Shown: positions 29,560 to 47,139, numbered from the stretch's first letter. The stretch: DNA of 64,000 bases from the human T2T-CHM13v2.0 reference genome, Homo sapiens (GCF_009914755.1 NC_060942.1); one strand, 5' to 3'. Program-made: numbers and translations. Notes: a model not told the origin generated them from the letters alone.

Positions 29560-30250
29560 CAGCTATGAAAGACACACTCACTGTCTGAGTAAGGTAACGC
29601 TTATTGTTGGCAGGGTAGGAGGAGGCACTTGAATAAAAAGCATAAAGCACTGGTGTTCTATCAGGAAACAAACAACGTTCTGTGGAATTGCAGAAGGAGA
29701 AAAAATTCTTAAAAGAGTGATCAGAGAAGGTTTTATAAAAGAAATAACATTTGAATAGAGACTTAAAGGTCAAATAGGGCTTTGATATAGTAGGAGAGCA
29801 AACACTATGAACAAAGTTAATTGGTGTTAAAATTTGTCTGTGTTCAGGGAATAATAAGTAGTCAGTATGAGCACAGAGGTGTGCTTCCAGATGGAGTGGA
29901 AAAGGGAGATGTGGCCAGACCCTGGACGGTCTGGAATGCAACCTAAGGAACTGTGGCATGTCCCGTTAGACAATAAGGAGATTCTACAGGTTTTAAAGAG
30001 AAGGTACCAGCATAATTCAGTCTAGTTTATGAAAATGACTGGCAGGTAAAGATCAAGATGTGAGCGCAGAAAACACAACCAAAAACAGGCAGGGAGACTA
30101 ATTAAGAGTTTCTTCCATAGGCCAGTCATGCAATGACATCCCAAGCCTGAGGCTGGGCATCGATTGTAAGAATGGGGAGGAGAACAGATAGGACAGAAAA
30201 CGGTATTTGATAACTGGGTACAGAGAGTGAGAAATATCAAGGAGAGGAAG
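29560..30250 (-). mobile_element. L2 fragment
   Basis: agagaaggtttt..aacatttgaatagagacttaaagg..ggccagacc..caggttttaa is typical antisense L2. Confidence 0.65.
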
Positions 30251-30295
30251 ACGGCTGTAACTGAAGGAGAGAAGACACTCTGGCAGACTAAATAT

Positions 30296-30826
30296 TGAAG
30301 CTGTCCTCACAGAGTTAATAAGAATTCTGATGGAAATATAGTTGTAATTAAGCATTAATCAGGCTGCACTTTTGCCCACTGCCTCCAAACCAAGTCACAA
30401 AGCATTAGAAACTGACCATCTGCATCCCCATTTTTACTATAGATAAAATTTCTGATGTTAGAAACATAAGGCTTTTGTTTTAAGAATTATTTAAGCAGAT
30501 CCTGAATTCCAGTGGAACGGCTGACACCAATCAGTTTAAAGACCCCATCAGAGGAAACAAATCAGCATGAAAATACAGGTTCTTTATCTTTTTGCCCCAT
30601 GACTTCACCCCGCACTCTTTGACTAACCAATAATCTGTACACTTTGGTCACTCCAAAATCCTTAAACCCCTAGCCCCACATTCCCTGGAGAGATTAATTT
30701 GACGTTTTCTCCTGTCTCGTCTCATTTAGTGGCCCTACAATTAAACCTCTTTCTTTCTGGTGCAATCTCGTGTTTCCACATATTGACTTTTCACATGCAT
30801 TGGGCAATGAACCTGTTACACTTACA
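30296..30826 (+). mobile_element. Solo ERV1 LTR (MER4-group, possibly MER66-like)
   Basis: TG...CA termini flanked by a 4-bp TSD atat (30292-30295, 30827-30830); ATTAAA poly(A) signal ~30740. Confidence 0.8.
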
Positions 30827-32848
30827 ATATTTAGAGAGAGGATAATTAATGTGGTTTGGAACAAGCTGAGTGTCCCTATAATAAACTTTTCTCTCACTGA
30901 AGGTAGTATCAACATCAAAAGCAAAGCAACTTCCCAAAACCAATACTAACTTGTGAGTAACAGCTGTCTTCATGACACTATATGGCTGGTTTAAAAAGCC
31001 ATTCAAAGCGTAAAAGAGGTCCTATAATGTTTTAAAGAAAAGGTAATTGAATTAAAGAAGCTTCAATGTTATAAATAAACTTCATCAGCAGATACAAAAT
31101 AAAAAAGGTCTTAAACGAATGCTATAATTTAAAAAATGTATTGTGTACATCATTTGGTAGTTAAAAACAGCTGTTTACACTACTTAATGTGTGTTAGGAT
31201 ATGATTTGATATGATACCACGCAAAAGAGTAAACTGATGTTGGAGAAGACATTTATATGCATATACATGCCCCGAATCAATTTTCAGAAGCAACTTGCTC
31301 TTACACGCATTGAGGATGACAATCTTTCATAAGATCTTTCACTAAATGCTAATATTTTATTTTTCTTACTGTTTTTGCTGTGTTTAACAAAAGCATTTCA
31401 TGTGCTCTTCATGCAGACTCTAAGGCTGTTTCGATGTGACAGCCTAATTCTAATACGCTATTAAAATAAGTGACTATAATTGTTGGGCTGTTAAAGAAGA
31501 CATTATTCTCCATCTCTCTATCTCAAAACCACTGGGAAATGTTCCTGCTAAGGATGCTGGCACTGCTCTGGGTGTGGGGTAGTGGAGAAAGAAAGATTTC
31601 AGAATCAGACAGAGCCCCTATGTCACTTGATGGATTGAATTAGAGATCAAGTGAAGTCATCAGCAAAGACAATAGCTCCCAGATAAGACAAAGCTTGGAG
31701 AAAAGAAAAAACAAAAAACAAGGAAACAAACCAAAAAACCTTATCAATGTATCTAGATAAATAAAGTGTTGATCAGAGAAGGGGCGGTAGTAAAAAATGG
31801 AAACATACTAGTAAATTATAAGCTAGTTGAGTAGACATGCATAAGCCTACTTTAGCTTGATGCCTTCACACTTTTAAATCACGTCGCTAACAATCCTCAT
31901 TGTGATTTCATGCTCACCAAGTAATAGCCTGATTACTCTGTGGTTTCCCATGTGGCACGCCTGCAGGTGGAGTGTCTGCTTGCCTCTCCAATTAGATTGC
32001 TCATAATAAATTGAAAAACTGGTATGCATCATTCTTTTTGAGTGGGGTTACTTCTGATATGTTGATAAATCAGCTTTCTAAGCCTCCTAGATTTAGAGCC
32101 AATCTTTGAGCCATGATGAATTTGAGGGGGTTGCCCTATGAAGCTCCTTGGAGATGGATAGAATGTCTTCTCTTAAGATTTCCAACATTGCATTGCAGTA
32201 ATTGTCCCTATTGGCAGAGTGAACATCAGCATGAAATAAAATACAAGGCAGCATGTTTGACACAGTACTGTCATAGAGCCAGGGTGCAAATATAATGCAG
32301 AGTTCAATATCAGCTTACATTAGAGTGAAATGGAGCACTAACCAAATGTGAAAACAGGAATTTTAAACAAGGACTGTCCTAAAGAAACCAAGGTATATAA
32401 TCATCCTACTTATAACTCAGGTTGCTGGACCAACCTTGACATTGAACTGGAAACATTTATGATCATTCTTTTGTGAATCTTATGAACCAGTAATACCTCA
32501 AGCTATAGCTTCTCTTCTGACAGCTAAGTGCAGACCCCTCTCAGAACTGCATGGTAACTCCCCGAGGGTCTCCCTCATGGGATGCCATAGCACACACTTC
32601 TCTTCTAGACGAAATCCAGGCCTGGTGGTCCCAGCTTGGGTTAGTCTGTATTTGCTGTGCCTTATCAGAGAAAACATTTTTATTTATCATTTTCTGTATT
32701 GTTTGGATTTTCTTCCATTCATCCAATTTTTTAATGATAGTCTTTTAAAAAAAGTTGTTAACCTCTTCCAAAATTTTTACATATTTCTGCCCTTGTGCAA
32801 TGAAGACCCCTATTGATGGACCATGAGCTTCTGAAAAGAGCAGAAATA

Positions 32849-32965
32849 GGTCAGGCGCATTGGTTCACGCCTGTAATCCAGCACTTTGGCAGCCTGAGGC
32901 AGGCGGATCACGAGGTCAGGAGATGGAGACCATGCTGGCTAATCCGGTGAAACCCTGTCTCCACT

Positions 32966-32996
<31 letters not shown>

Positions 32997-33130
32997 CCTG
33001 CGCATGGTGGCGGGCGCCTGTAATGCAGCTACTCCGGAGGCTGAAGCAGGAGAATTGCTTGAACCCTGGAGACGGAGATTACAGTAAGCCGAGATTGCAC
33101 CACTCAAAAAAAAAAAAAAAAAAAAAAAAA
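32849..33130 (+). mobile_element. AluS (Sc-like) with expanded middle A run and deleted 3' end
   Basis: Alu left arm; A28 linker 32966-32993; right arm ends caccactc then A25. Confidence 0.9.
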
Positions 33131-33211
33131 GGAATATTCAAATTTTTGAGTCTCACCAGGGCTTACACACAGGGCCCCAATACAGGAGAAAATATATATT
33201 TTATATAATGT

Positions 33212-33226
33212 TAGATAGATAGATAC

Positions 33227-33269
<43 letters not shown>
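33212..33269. repeat. (GATA)n tetranucleotide STR
   Basis: About 14 units with one CATA interruption. Confidence 0.97.
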
Positions 33270-34309
33270 TCGTATATCATTAGGGTTGTTGCTTTCTACA
33301 GACTTATTTCTTTACTGGATTTCTCTTTTTCTCCTGATTATTCTATATTGACGTTTATCACTGAGAAGAGTCATGGTAAATTCTCCGTGGTATACAAAGT
33401 GAGATGTCTGGGTGCAGACTTTATTTACTGAAAAAGATTCCTCTGAGCACACTTTACAAAAGGAGACAGCTGCTATAAATCATGAGAAATTAAACAGTAT
33501 ATTTCAAATTTCTTAAAATTAGAAAATACCCGTTAGTGAATAAATATAGAAAAACAATTCTAAACTCAACGGCAAATTCCTATGGCTTAAAATCAGCTCC
33601 ATGTTTTAGATTGCTTTCAGTTACAATATCAATGATTGCATAAAATATATTAAGACCTAATCCAAAGAAAGAAGTTCCAGCGTAAGTGATTACAACAATG
33701 CAAGTCATAGAGATCCCAGCCAAGAAGTAAGTTGCATACACATCATCTTGACTTGTAATACAGATACTACAATTTCTCTAAAATAAAAGGCTTTCCAATC
33801 TTATTGACCTAAATAAATTCAATCCTAGACAGTGGAGTAACGAGATTTGGGGTACGTCTGTTTAGAAGTATCAACTAAGAAGGATAAGAATTTTAAAAAG
33901 AAAATACTAAAAACAAATCGAGGAGGAAACAAAAACTTGTGTTACTACGGTTTAATTACTATTTGCCATATGACGCTGTTACATATAATTTGCTCACAGA
34001 AATTAGACAAAATCATAATACATTCAGAAATGGGGCAGTAAGAAATAGTTAATTTTCAAATAAATGTCTAGATGAGTAGAAAATGTATGTATGTGGAATT
34101 CATTCTCAGTGAAGCAATGGAAATTGTATTACAGTTCTCATAGCATGAAAATCTAGCAATACATCCTCCTAAACACTTTTATTTAAACATCTTCAGGCTG
34201 ATAATAAGGTATTAGCCACTTTTAAGAAAATTATTATGGGGAGAACATTTTGTGTATGAAGATAAAAATTTCAAATTGTAAGAGCAAAATTTTGGGATAC
34301 TAATCTTAA

Positions 34310-34540
34310 ATTTCTAGCATTTACTGAGTGCTCACAAAATAGTAGGGACCCTTCTGAATTCTATGTACATGATTTCTCATCTACTACTTTAAATGAACCA
34401 AAAAGTTAGATATTATGATCATTTCCATTTTATAGATTAGAAAATAGAGGCTAAGTGACTTACTCAAAGTCATACTGCCAGTAGGTAGTACAGTCAGAAT
34501 TCTAACTCAAGAAATCCGTCTCCAGAGTCCTCACATTTTG
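34310..34540. mobile_element. MIR
   Basis: ccattttatagattagaaaatagaggctaagtgacttactcaaagtcatac MIR core. Confidence 0.75.
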
Positions 34541-37500
34541 GAATGAAACTAAATATATAACACTAGGAGAACAGCTACCTAATTATGGTTTATCAGCCTT
34601 CAAGTGCATCATTAAATAATACTAATGAGTACTGGATGATACATAAAAAGCTTTCGATATTTAAATTTAATATATTTTATGTATTTAATAGATTTTTAAA
34701 TGTTAACTTTAATAAATGAACAATTGCCCTTAGACTTTGTCTGTAGCTGTTTAGAGATTCTGAATTCCTATGATGGCGAAACCAAACGTGAACGTGAAAA
34801 TTCTTGATGCATTACAGTAGGCAAACTCTGATAATGGAGAGAACCCAAAGGCAATGAACCAAAAAGATAGACCATTTGTCTCTCAGATGATTGTTTCAGG
34901 GAAGATAAGCAGGTCCCCAGCAACAAAACCATCCAATGACCTAAGTTGACAATGGCTTTGTCATATTTACTATGCAGTATCCATGGCTGCTCTGTGCATG
35001 GTCTTTTCAGACAATAAAGGCCTGGGAAGGGGGAAGAACAGAAGAGGCAGATATTTCTCTTTAGTGCACACATTACATCACTCACATTCCTTTAAGAAAA
35101 ATTTGGGCTCTTAACCATGCCCAGCTCAAGAAAGGCTGGAAAATGTACTTTATTCAAATGTCTGCACTGAAGAGAGAGATCAGTATTGATGGACAGCTGC
35201 TAGTCCTGGCCACATAGGTATGGTGGATATTTTTCCTCATTACCTTTATTATAATTATTTATTTCATAAAGACAAATGAAATTCCAGTAATAATTGAAAA
35301 TTATTTCTAAATAATCTTCCATTTTTTTCTTTTGGAAGTTTAATGAAAATGCAAAAGTATTTAAGAATTGAAGGGTTGGTCATGACATATAAGTAAGGAT
35401 CACATGACTTCAACTGGTATACACAATCGTTTTGTGAGAAAAAATTGGAGTTATCATTCTGGAACAGAGAGTCGATCTCGTCTGGTGGCCAATGCCAGAT
35501 GTTTCACTGAGAGAAATAAACCTCCCATAATACACTTAATTTCACAATACTATACCATAGGGGGGAATATCTTCCTGACCCATCTGGTGAGCAGCTTCTG
35601 CCCTGAAGCATGAAGATTGATAGCTGGTGTAATTCTATCCTAGCTAGTGTACTGTAACTGCAGATGCATCTCTTCCTCATGTGAATGTCTAATTATTTTC
35701 AGGATCATTTTCTCATATTCATATCCTGTTGCCTAGAGTTACATAGGTGAAAAATATTGTTAATTCTTGAATGTTATTCTGAAAAAACACATATGAGTGT
35801 TTAATATATTGTTCTATCTTGTTTTACTAGCTACAGATCAACTGTTTTTAGAAAAACTGTTCAACTTATATTTCGTATTCCCCTCAGTAGTTTGAAAGGT
35901 GCATTATTAATAAACTATGTTTATCAAAATATATAATTGGCTCCATTTCATTTATGTCAAATGTCTTTCTTTATTTTCCCTGAAAATTTATTGTCATGAA
36001 ATAAATTTCTTGCTGTTAATTTCACTGTAAATTTCATTGTGTTATCACACACACTATGGACCCTAATGGATCAATACACTGAAATTATATTTGATATGGG
36101 GCTATTAGCACCCATATCAGCAGGATAATTAACTTCCAAAACAGATATCATTCCTTGTCTTCATTATTAATAGTGTGCATATCTTGAAGAGATAATTCTA
36201 TTTGTATCTAATGTACTTCAAATGAATCTGTGGCTAAATTCCAAAATCCATGTGAATTCTAGACTTTAGGAACAGGATTTCTTGGCATGGAATCATTTTA
36301 AGATATCTTAGGAAACAAGCGAGTTGAAAAATATTTAAATTGCCAATCATGAAAAGAGCTACGCATAGGAACAATTTATAGAGGCCACATGGAAGAAAGA
36401 TTTCAATTTTAAATACTATGCAGAATTTAGATCATCCTTTCAGAAATAGTGGAGTCAATCTCTATTTAAATGACCATAGAATTCACTTAAAGGTCAGCTT
36501 TCACTCAGTAAAGCAAAGTCCAACGGGTTTTTCGTTGCCAGAATAATTCTCCCTTTATAACTTAGGAGGTGAATAACTTGATCCAAAAATATGTTTTGTG
36601 CTTAATGACAGCTAAAAAAATACAGTAGCTTTCACGTATTTGCATTTCTTTATTTTTGCATTGTTATTACATTAATCTAATTTACATTAACATGTAAATA
36701 TGATTCATTCATTGACTAAATGCATATGCTATATAAGAGCCTCTACTAAGCTCTACTAACATGGACAAAGAATGTTTTCTATCCTCAATATCTGGCAGTT
36801 CTAGTGGGGATACAAAGAAAAGATATTCTGAAACAAAATTTTCACACGTTAAAATCTCATCACTGCCTATGAATGGGAGATCTGGAATTACACTGGTCTC
36901 ATGAAATAATTATCCTGAACCTTAACATCGTAATAAATGCTGGGGACTGAAAAATGTAGGATTGATGCTAATGATTAAATGACTATAATTCCATCAAATA
37001 AAAAAAAACCTCATCTATTTTTAGATAATGTTTGCCTAATGTTCTTATGTCAATTAATGGATTAGGTGCATTTTATTTCAAAAGTAAATATAACAAATTT
37101 GAAGCATGCACATTTAAAATTTCTTTGTCTAACGATTTCTAACCTGACTAAGAATGATAGTGCCACTAAAATCTATTTATGCTGCTATTTACTTAACTCA
37201 TTTGTTACACTTTGGACATTTTCTTTTACTGCTTCATTTTGGTATAAATCTAGCTTTTAATTTGAAACTGCTCATCTAATTCTATGCTTAAATTGGAAGA
37301 CAAACTAACAAATGCTGCCTGACCATCACTTTGCCTAAAATCACTTCTTATTTAATGATAGGTTTTTCCTTTACGTTTTCAGCCACCCTTTCTGCATGTA
37401 CCAGGTGCACCTAAAAAGTTTATGATGTATCTAAGTGCCAAAGAGAATTCCTCAGGTGTTAGGAAGAGGCAAAACTTACAGGGCATTTGATAATTAAGTG

Positions 37501-38727
37501 TAACTTAATAAATGCCCAAGTAATGTTTTTCCTTATTGTCATTCATATAACTGTCTTGTAGTTTTTTTTACGACATTATGGCCTACTTTTCAATATGACC
37601 ATGTCTTAATATCAAGTGTATCAAATCTAATCCTATGGTTTATTGTGGGCAACCCCAGTTGGTCTGCTCTGAGCTTTTTCCTCCCTTCTCAGTGAATGGA
37701 AGTTATACTTATGCCCGGCTGGTGGTTTGAATCACCTCAATTTGTTCTGGCAATCAGAGGCAGCTGCTTCATGTGAAAGGCATGAGGACCACTGAACATC
37801 ACATTAGGACTGACCTCAAGCTGAATGTAAAAGGCTCAGACCTTTCTGCCAGGCCAGCAGAGCATGTGCAAACAGATTTGCTGAAGTGCAAAATGGTCCA
37901 ATGATTTAGAGCAAGACTTGTTGTCTTTTCTTTTTCTCTCTCCCTCCCTCTCTCTCTCTCTCTTCTTTCTTTAAAAATGAAACAAGATAGCAGACAGGCT
38001 GGTATAATCCTAGCAACATCTGTTGCCTTTCACAAGGGTCTTGGTTGAGCACAATCACTTTTCAAAAGGGGACTGACGTCCTGTTGAAAAGGGTAAAATA
38101 AAAGATCTCAGCTGAAGGGAGTATGGCCATGTTGCCTCAGACCCACTTGAGTCTTTTGTGGTTTCTGTCAGTATGAGTATAAAGAAAGTTTATTCTCCTC
38201 TACTTCCTGATGAAACTGCCAGAAAAAAAAATGTATATAGATATATATATTTTTTTCTCACTTAGTGCTTAAAGCCCTTAAGGAAATATAGAAAAGTTAT
38301 ATTTCAAACTCCTTGTTTTTATTCCCAATGATTTCTGAACTTTAAGCTCGGTTAATCAGAAGCGTGAAGAAATTTATGCTGTACATTTTATCATGTCTGT
38401 TACTTTTGGCCTTTCTTATTAAGTTAGTTTTATACTTTTTCCTACAGTTTGGGAGCAATAGGAAGGTTCTTTTTTGTGAAAATGAATATTTCACACTGAT
38501 TATTTTTCCCTTCAATGGATCTGTTCATCTTACCCTACTTATCTAATGATGGGTTACAGTAAACATTAACTTGAGATAATTTATATAGAAAAAGTTACCT
38601 ACTCTTATTTGCAAGATGTTTTTTATGAGCAATTTTGTTCACTCTAACCATCACATGCTTTCACATAAATGAGGATGCAGATGCAGCTGATATGTATATA
38701 TATCACCTGCTGGCTTCTGTTTTGTAA

Positions 38728-39273
<546 letters not shown>

Positions 39274-39561
39274 TAAAGATGCAGATTTATGCATATCAAG
39301 AGAATAACAGATTTGTATATACTCTTAATACTGATGAACCTTGTCCTATTATAACAAGGACATAGAGATACATCTGAAAATATCTGAATTTTTACATTTA
39401 TTTAAAAAATATATAATAGATCTTTTGATGCTCAAGTTATTTTACCAATATAGTTTATTAATACCTAATGTTTTAAAGTATTATTTAAAATGCCCTTTAA
39501 ATTTACAAAAGTGAGTATATTTTATTTCATAATTAAAATGTTAATGCCTCAAAAAGTTAAT

Positions 39562-41606
<2,045 letters not shown>

Positions 41607-42021
41607 TATTTTTTTTGTTTAACTGCATTATTATGCTTTCAGTGCTATTTAAATATGTGCGATTAAAAATATAAAAGTACACTATTGTATTTGTGCTTCT
41701 TATGACTCTTTTTAGTAATTATCAAGTTTTTTAAAAATTTTTAAACCAAAAGTAAAAATAGCAAAACAAGTTCACTATAAGAAGTAGAAACGGAGAAATA
41801 TAAGATCATGTACTATAAATGTGAAAAATATTCCAGGAATAAGCAAAATAGTTGCATTTTTTAAAGAAAAGAATTTTTACAAACTGGGTGGTATTCACTA
41901 ACATCTAGACCATCTTACTAGGAGAGAGGAGATTAGAATTACTTAAGAGAGTTTCATAACTAGTCTCTATTGAATGGGATGATTAATATTTTGCTTTTCT
42001 TGCTTCTGCTAAAGTTATCTA

Positions 42022-42164
42022 AATGCTTTCAAAGATTTCCAGGCTTGGGAAATCTACTGGTTTAATATCTTAAATTATATCTTAATATTTAAATACTTAT
42101 TAAAATAATATCTTAATATCTTAAATCAGTAGATTTGCCAAGCCTGGAAAACTTTGAAAGCGTT
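42022..42164. repeat. 44-bp inverted repeat with 55-bp AT-rich spacer
   Basis: 42022-42065 vs reverse complement of 42121-42164: 40/44 identical. Confidence 0.95.
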
Positions 42165-43074
42165 CCATTTTACTTGAAATGGAAAAAATAAAATTGGTCA
42201 AAGGTAATTTTCAAACTCAGAAACAGTAAGGTAGACATGACCTAGTGGACGGTAATCAAGGTTTCCAGGTATGTAATAATGCAAATGGGCTGGTACTGAG
42301 TTTTCCATTCACATCAAATACACACTGCACACAACTGTCATACACAAGGATGATAAGATCTAATTATGTCTGATGGTTAAATGACAAAAATAAAAACCAC
42401 TTTAGGCTTTGACGTCTACCTCCTTGTATACCTTACCTTTGATATTATACTAGGAATCCTTAACTCACATGCCTACAGAATCCTGACACCTAAATTAAGG
42501 GGTAAGTTGACTATGGTGAACTGGAGTATACACGGCCCATTTCAAAGAAATAGACAATCCTGAAGTTCAGTCATAGACGAGATTATCAAAATGAAAAACC
42601 AGATATGGTCAGATTTTCAGTGAGTTTAACAGAAGTCAAAAATAGAGTTGCATATATCAGCTTCCAATGACAAACCCTAAAAGACACTTAAAACTCTTTT
42701 TAAAAAAGCACTATGTGGGCCAAAGTTAATCTGCAGTTTGGGTGAAATCAGAAGAACTGTTAGCTGGCACACCTTGATTAAATCAAACTATAACACCTAA
42801 ATATTATTTGCCTTACTTTTTTTTTGAATTCATGCAAATATGAGACTCACTCTAGACAAATTTCAAGGTCAATTAATGAACAGTCTTTTGGGGATTAAGA
42901 AAGACATCTTTTAGTCTGTAAGGAAATATTTAAATGTTTGAGCACCTAACAATTTTTTAACAGGTAATAAAGCTGTAATTTTTCATAAAAAATTTTGAAT
43001 AAAATTATTTAGTTATTTTAAATTACTTTTGGGTAGAAACTAATAGTTCTTTCATTTTTCATTTCATTTTTTAA

Positions 43075-43200
43075 AATGTTATAGTGATGGGATACTTGCT
43101 ATGTTCCCTAGGTTGTTCTCAAACTCCTGGGCTCAAGCAATTCCCTTGCCTTAGCTTCCCAAGGTACTGGGATTACAGGCAGGAGCCACTGCACCTGGCC
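43075..43200 (-). mobile_element. Alu monomer (FLAM-like)
   Basis: ttgctatgttccctagg..aactcctgggctcaagcaa..gggattacaggcaggagccactgcacctggcc. Confidence 0.8.
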
Positions 43201-43375
43201 TTTTTGATCTTTCATGGAATAGAGGAACTGAATTATGAGATTCTAAGACGAGCTTACTCTCATGCCATGAGACTACATGGACTATTCTTAATTTGACTTT
43301 ATAGTCCTCTAAAATATATGTGTTTTACTATAAAGTGACTGTCTCATTCAATTCTTATTCTTCTAAGAATATGAA

Positions 43376-43675
43376 GGCTGGACACGGCAGCTCACGCCTG
43401 TAATCCCAGCACTTTGGGAGGCCGAGGGGGGTATATCATGAGGTCAGGAGTTCAAGACCTGACTAGCCAAGATGGTGAAAGCCCATCTCTACTAAAAATA
43501 CAAAAATTAGCCGGGCGTGGTGGTGGGTACCTGTAATCCCAGCTACTCAGGAGGCTGAGGCAGAGAACTGCTTGAACCCAGCAGGCAGAGTTTGCAGTGA
43601 GCCGAGATCATGCCACGGCACGATGGGTGACAGATGTCGCTTGGGCGGCAGAGCTAGACTCTGTCTCAAAAAAAA
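43376..43675 (+). mobile_element. AluS with rearranged 3' arm
   Basis: Full dimer; TSD aagaatatgaa / aaaaatatgaa. Confidence 0.9.
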
Positions 43676-45359
43676 TATGAATTATGATTTACGTTAGTAT
43701 TTAAATAAAATTTCAAGGTGTGATCAATAGCCACATCTACAGAAATATTTATAAAAATATTTATAATTTTTAAATAATTTATTAAAATGTTTACAAAGCT
43801 TTTTATAATTTATTAAAATATTTATAAAATTATTTATAAAAATACATTCAATTTTTACAATTGTAAATTCACTATAATACAAGCTATAACAAATAATTCA
43901 AAACAAGAAAGGCTACAACCAAGTTCTTATTCCATTGCTTAGAAAAGCTAGAAAATGTAAATAAAAGTCCTGTTTGGTATTTGAAATACAAAATATTAAA
44001 TAATAATGGTCTGTATATCTAGGATCTTTAGGAATCTTGCCTTGGATATTGCTGTATGCATCAATCAGGCTTTATTACTGGATTTGGATTTTTATTTCCA
44101 TACATGAAGTTTGCCACGAGGTCATAAATCAATTCCTTTACTTTTCTAAACTTCAGTTTTGTCACTGATAAAATAAAAAGAAATATGGGTGTCTTCAAAG
44201 ATCTCTTATATAGGTCATATCATGCATATGGTATTGAGCTCAATTATCTTCAATGACTGCCTCTGGTAATTTAGTTGCTTAACGAGGCTCATTAACCCTT
44301 TTAGACCATTATTTGTACCCACAACTATATTTGGAAGTAAATTGTTACATTACATACTGTAAGTATAACATTTTTCTGTTAGTGTTAAATGTTAAATAAA
44401 AAGTCCTAATTAAATAAATGTGGCATAATGATTGTTCATTTCCATCAAAACTTATTCTCACACAAATACACAAATAGGCTAGAAAATACTGTGTTTATTT
44501 TGTTTCTTAGATCCATTTGTTTATGTTGTTTCTAATATACAGCATCACTCTGAATGAATTAGTGTTTTATTTAATCTTTTATAGGCTGGAGCCCTCCCTC
44601 AATTTTGGATTTAGAGTTATCATTTTGCTAGATAAGGAGAGAGTGAAGGAGATGCTTGCTACATCCCTTTTTAATCGTTCAGACCTAAAAGTGGAAAGTG
44701 GAGACACTTGCAGTTCACAAAGATAATGACTGCCTCAGAATTCACCTTTGTGCACAAAGTAGTTCAAGTTCATAAAAGGATTACTGCTCTTCACCATAAG
44801 TATCTTATAGGGTGGCAGTATTTCAATATTTTATTAAACATCCTTCTCTTCCTAAAAGTTCACCTTTGAATAAACTGGCTTATTTTATCTAATCTTTCTT
44901 TCTAAGGCATGTAGTTTTTTCTCATATTTTTCCCCTTCTGAATTTTCCTTTTGAATATGAGTTTAGCCTCAAAGTCACATACACCAGGGAGTTGAACTCT
45001 TGGCTCAATGCGTCAGCTGGAAGTAGGGTCATTTCTGCCTGCACATTTTATGTGTGTTAGGAGAGCACTAAATAAAATTGAGTGGCACCAGCTATAAAAC
45101 CTGCAGAACCCAGGGCAACCCAGCTCTCTGGATCTACATGCAGGGAGCAATCAGGTTAGTTCTTCTGAGAAAAAAAAGCAGTGGGCATGGAGTGGAGGGG
45201 GGAAACAGTACTTCAAGTACAAATGCAGGTGGACCGAGTGAGTGCATGCTTAGGAAGCTCTCTTTCTGTTTAGGTGAGTAGAGAATTATATATATCTCAT
45301 TTTAGCTAAAAAAAAAATTAATTCCTTATGCTTCTGGAAGATTAAAGTTCTCTGAACAT

Positions 45360-45675
45360 TCTTTCAATTTTCTGCTGTCCCTTCCTGTCTGTATCCAACT
45401 CATGTTTCAAGGCCCAGATGAAATGTCACATTGGTTAATGGTTTTAGGACTCTCCAGTAGCATGTGCTATCTTCCTCCTTCAAATCCCATACCCTACTAC
45501 TTGCTATTTGCTTAGTGAGTTTAGCCTAATCTTTCACTTGTATGTATTTTAGTTACATTCATGCCTGTACCTGCTTGGGGCCTTGGTCTTACTTTCCTCG
45601 GTAGATATCGCAAGTTTTGGCATAGAACCTGCTACATAGCACATACTTAAGAAATATTTTTGAAATGAATTGAGA
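45360..45675 (+). mobile_element. L2 3' end fragment
   Basis: catagaacctgctacatagcacatacttaagaaatatttttgaaatgaattga resembles the L2 terminus. Confidence 0.55.
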
Positions 45676-46273
45676 TGTTGCAAAAATCTACTTTTTAAAA
45701 AAGATTCTATGGCTTATCACAAGTGAAAGATAGAGAAATGCTTAGCAGAAATTTGCATTATTTTTTTTCTCTCTTGAGGTTTTAGAAGGCTTTTACAGAA
45801 CAACTATAATTCGAGAGACAGTGTGGGCCTAGCTGTATTATTTCTGACAATTTTGATTTGAGCTGCTTTTTAAAAATATTTTTTGTCCCAACTATTCTGA
45901 ATCCAGAGATACATTCACACATCGGTGGTATCATGTGCTATTTTAAAAAGTAAGTGTTCCCCTGGTTTGACATTTGACACCAAATTGAAATCACATGTTT
46001 ATCTGTTTGACTTTGTTCTTCAGAAAGAAAATATTGAAATTTGACATGTAGTGGAGAAAGTTAAACTCCTTCTTTAAGACGTTAACCAATGACACACACC
46101 ATCACAGATTTTCTCATGCCTGAAAAGAAGCCCTAAATATCTGTAGGAGACTGGAATAATAGTAGGAACCACTTCGTTTGCTGAGCACGGGGCTAAAATG
46201 GACTTTTACCCTTGCTTTCCAACCCCACTAGGTGTCCTTTCATTCTCATTCCTTTTCTGAAGGATTTTTCTAA

Positions 46274-46734
<461 letters not shown>

Positions 46735-47139
46735 AACTTCGCATTTTCTAAATATTTCTGTGGCGTCTAAGCAGCTCCTTTATTCTATGAATATTTTAGG
46801 GTCTTTTAACTGAGTGGTATACTCTCCAGGTAAGCATTCATTTTTGTGCAAAACTGAATTTTTTGGATAGTGAAGGAGGAGACCTTGAGTATATCGTAAG
46901 AAGCAAAATTGTTGTATTACCTCAGATTTTGGATTTTTCTAGTTTGGTTACTCTATGAAGTGGCATGGTCATGAGTGATGCGGTTTGGGGGTTGACTCCA
47001 TGACGCCAATCTGAGGTACCAACATCTTTCTTCTTTTAGTGATTATTTATGCTGCATTAGTGATGACTCTAGTCAAAAAATCTTTACATCTATTTATATT
47101 TTCTGACTATATCCAAGGAACTTTCATATAATTCCAGTG

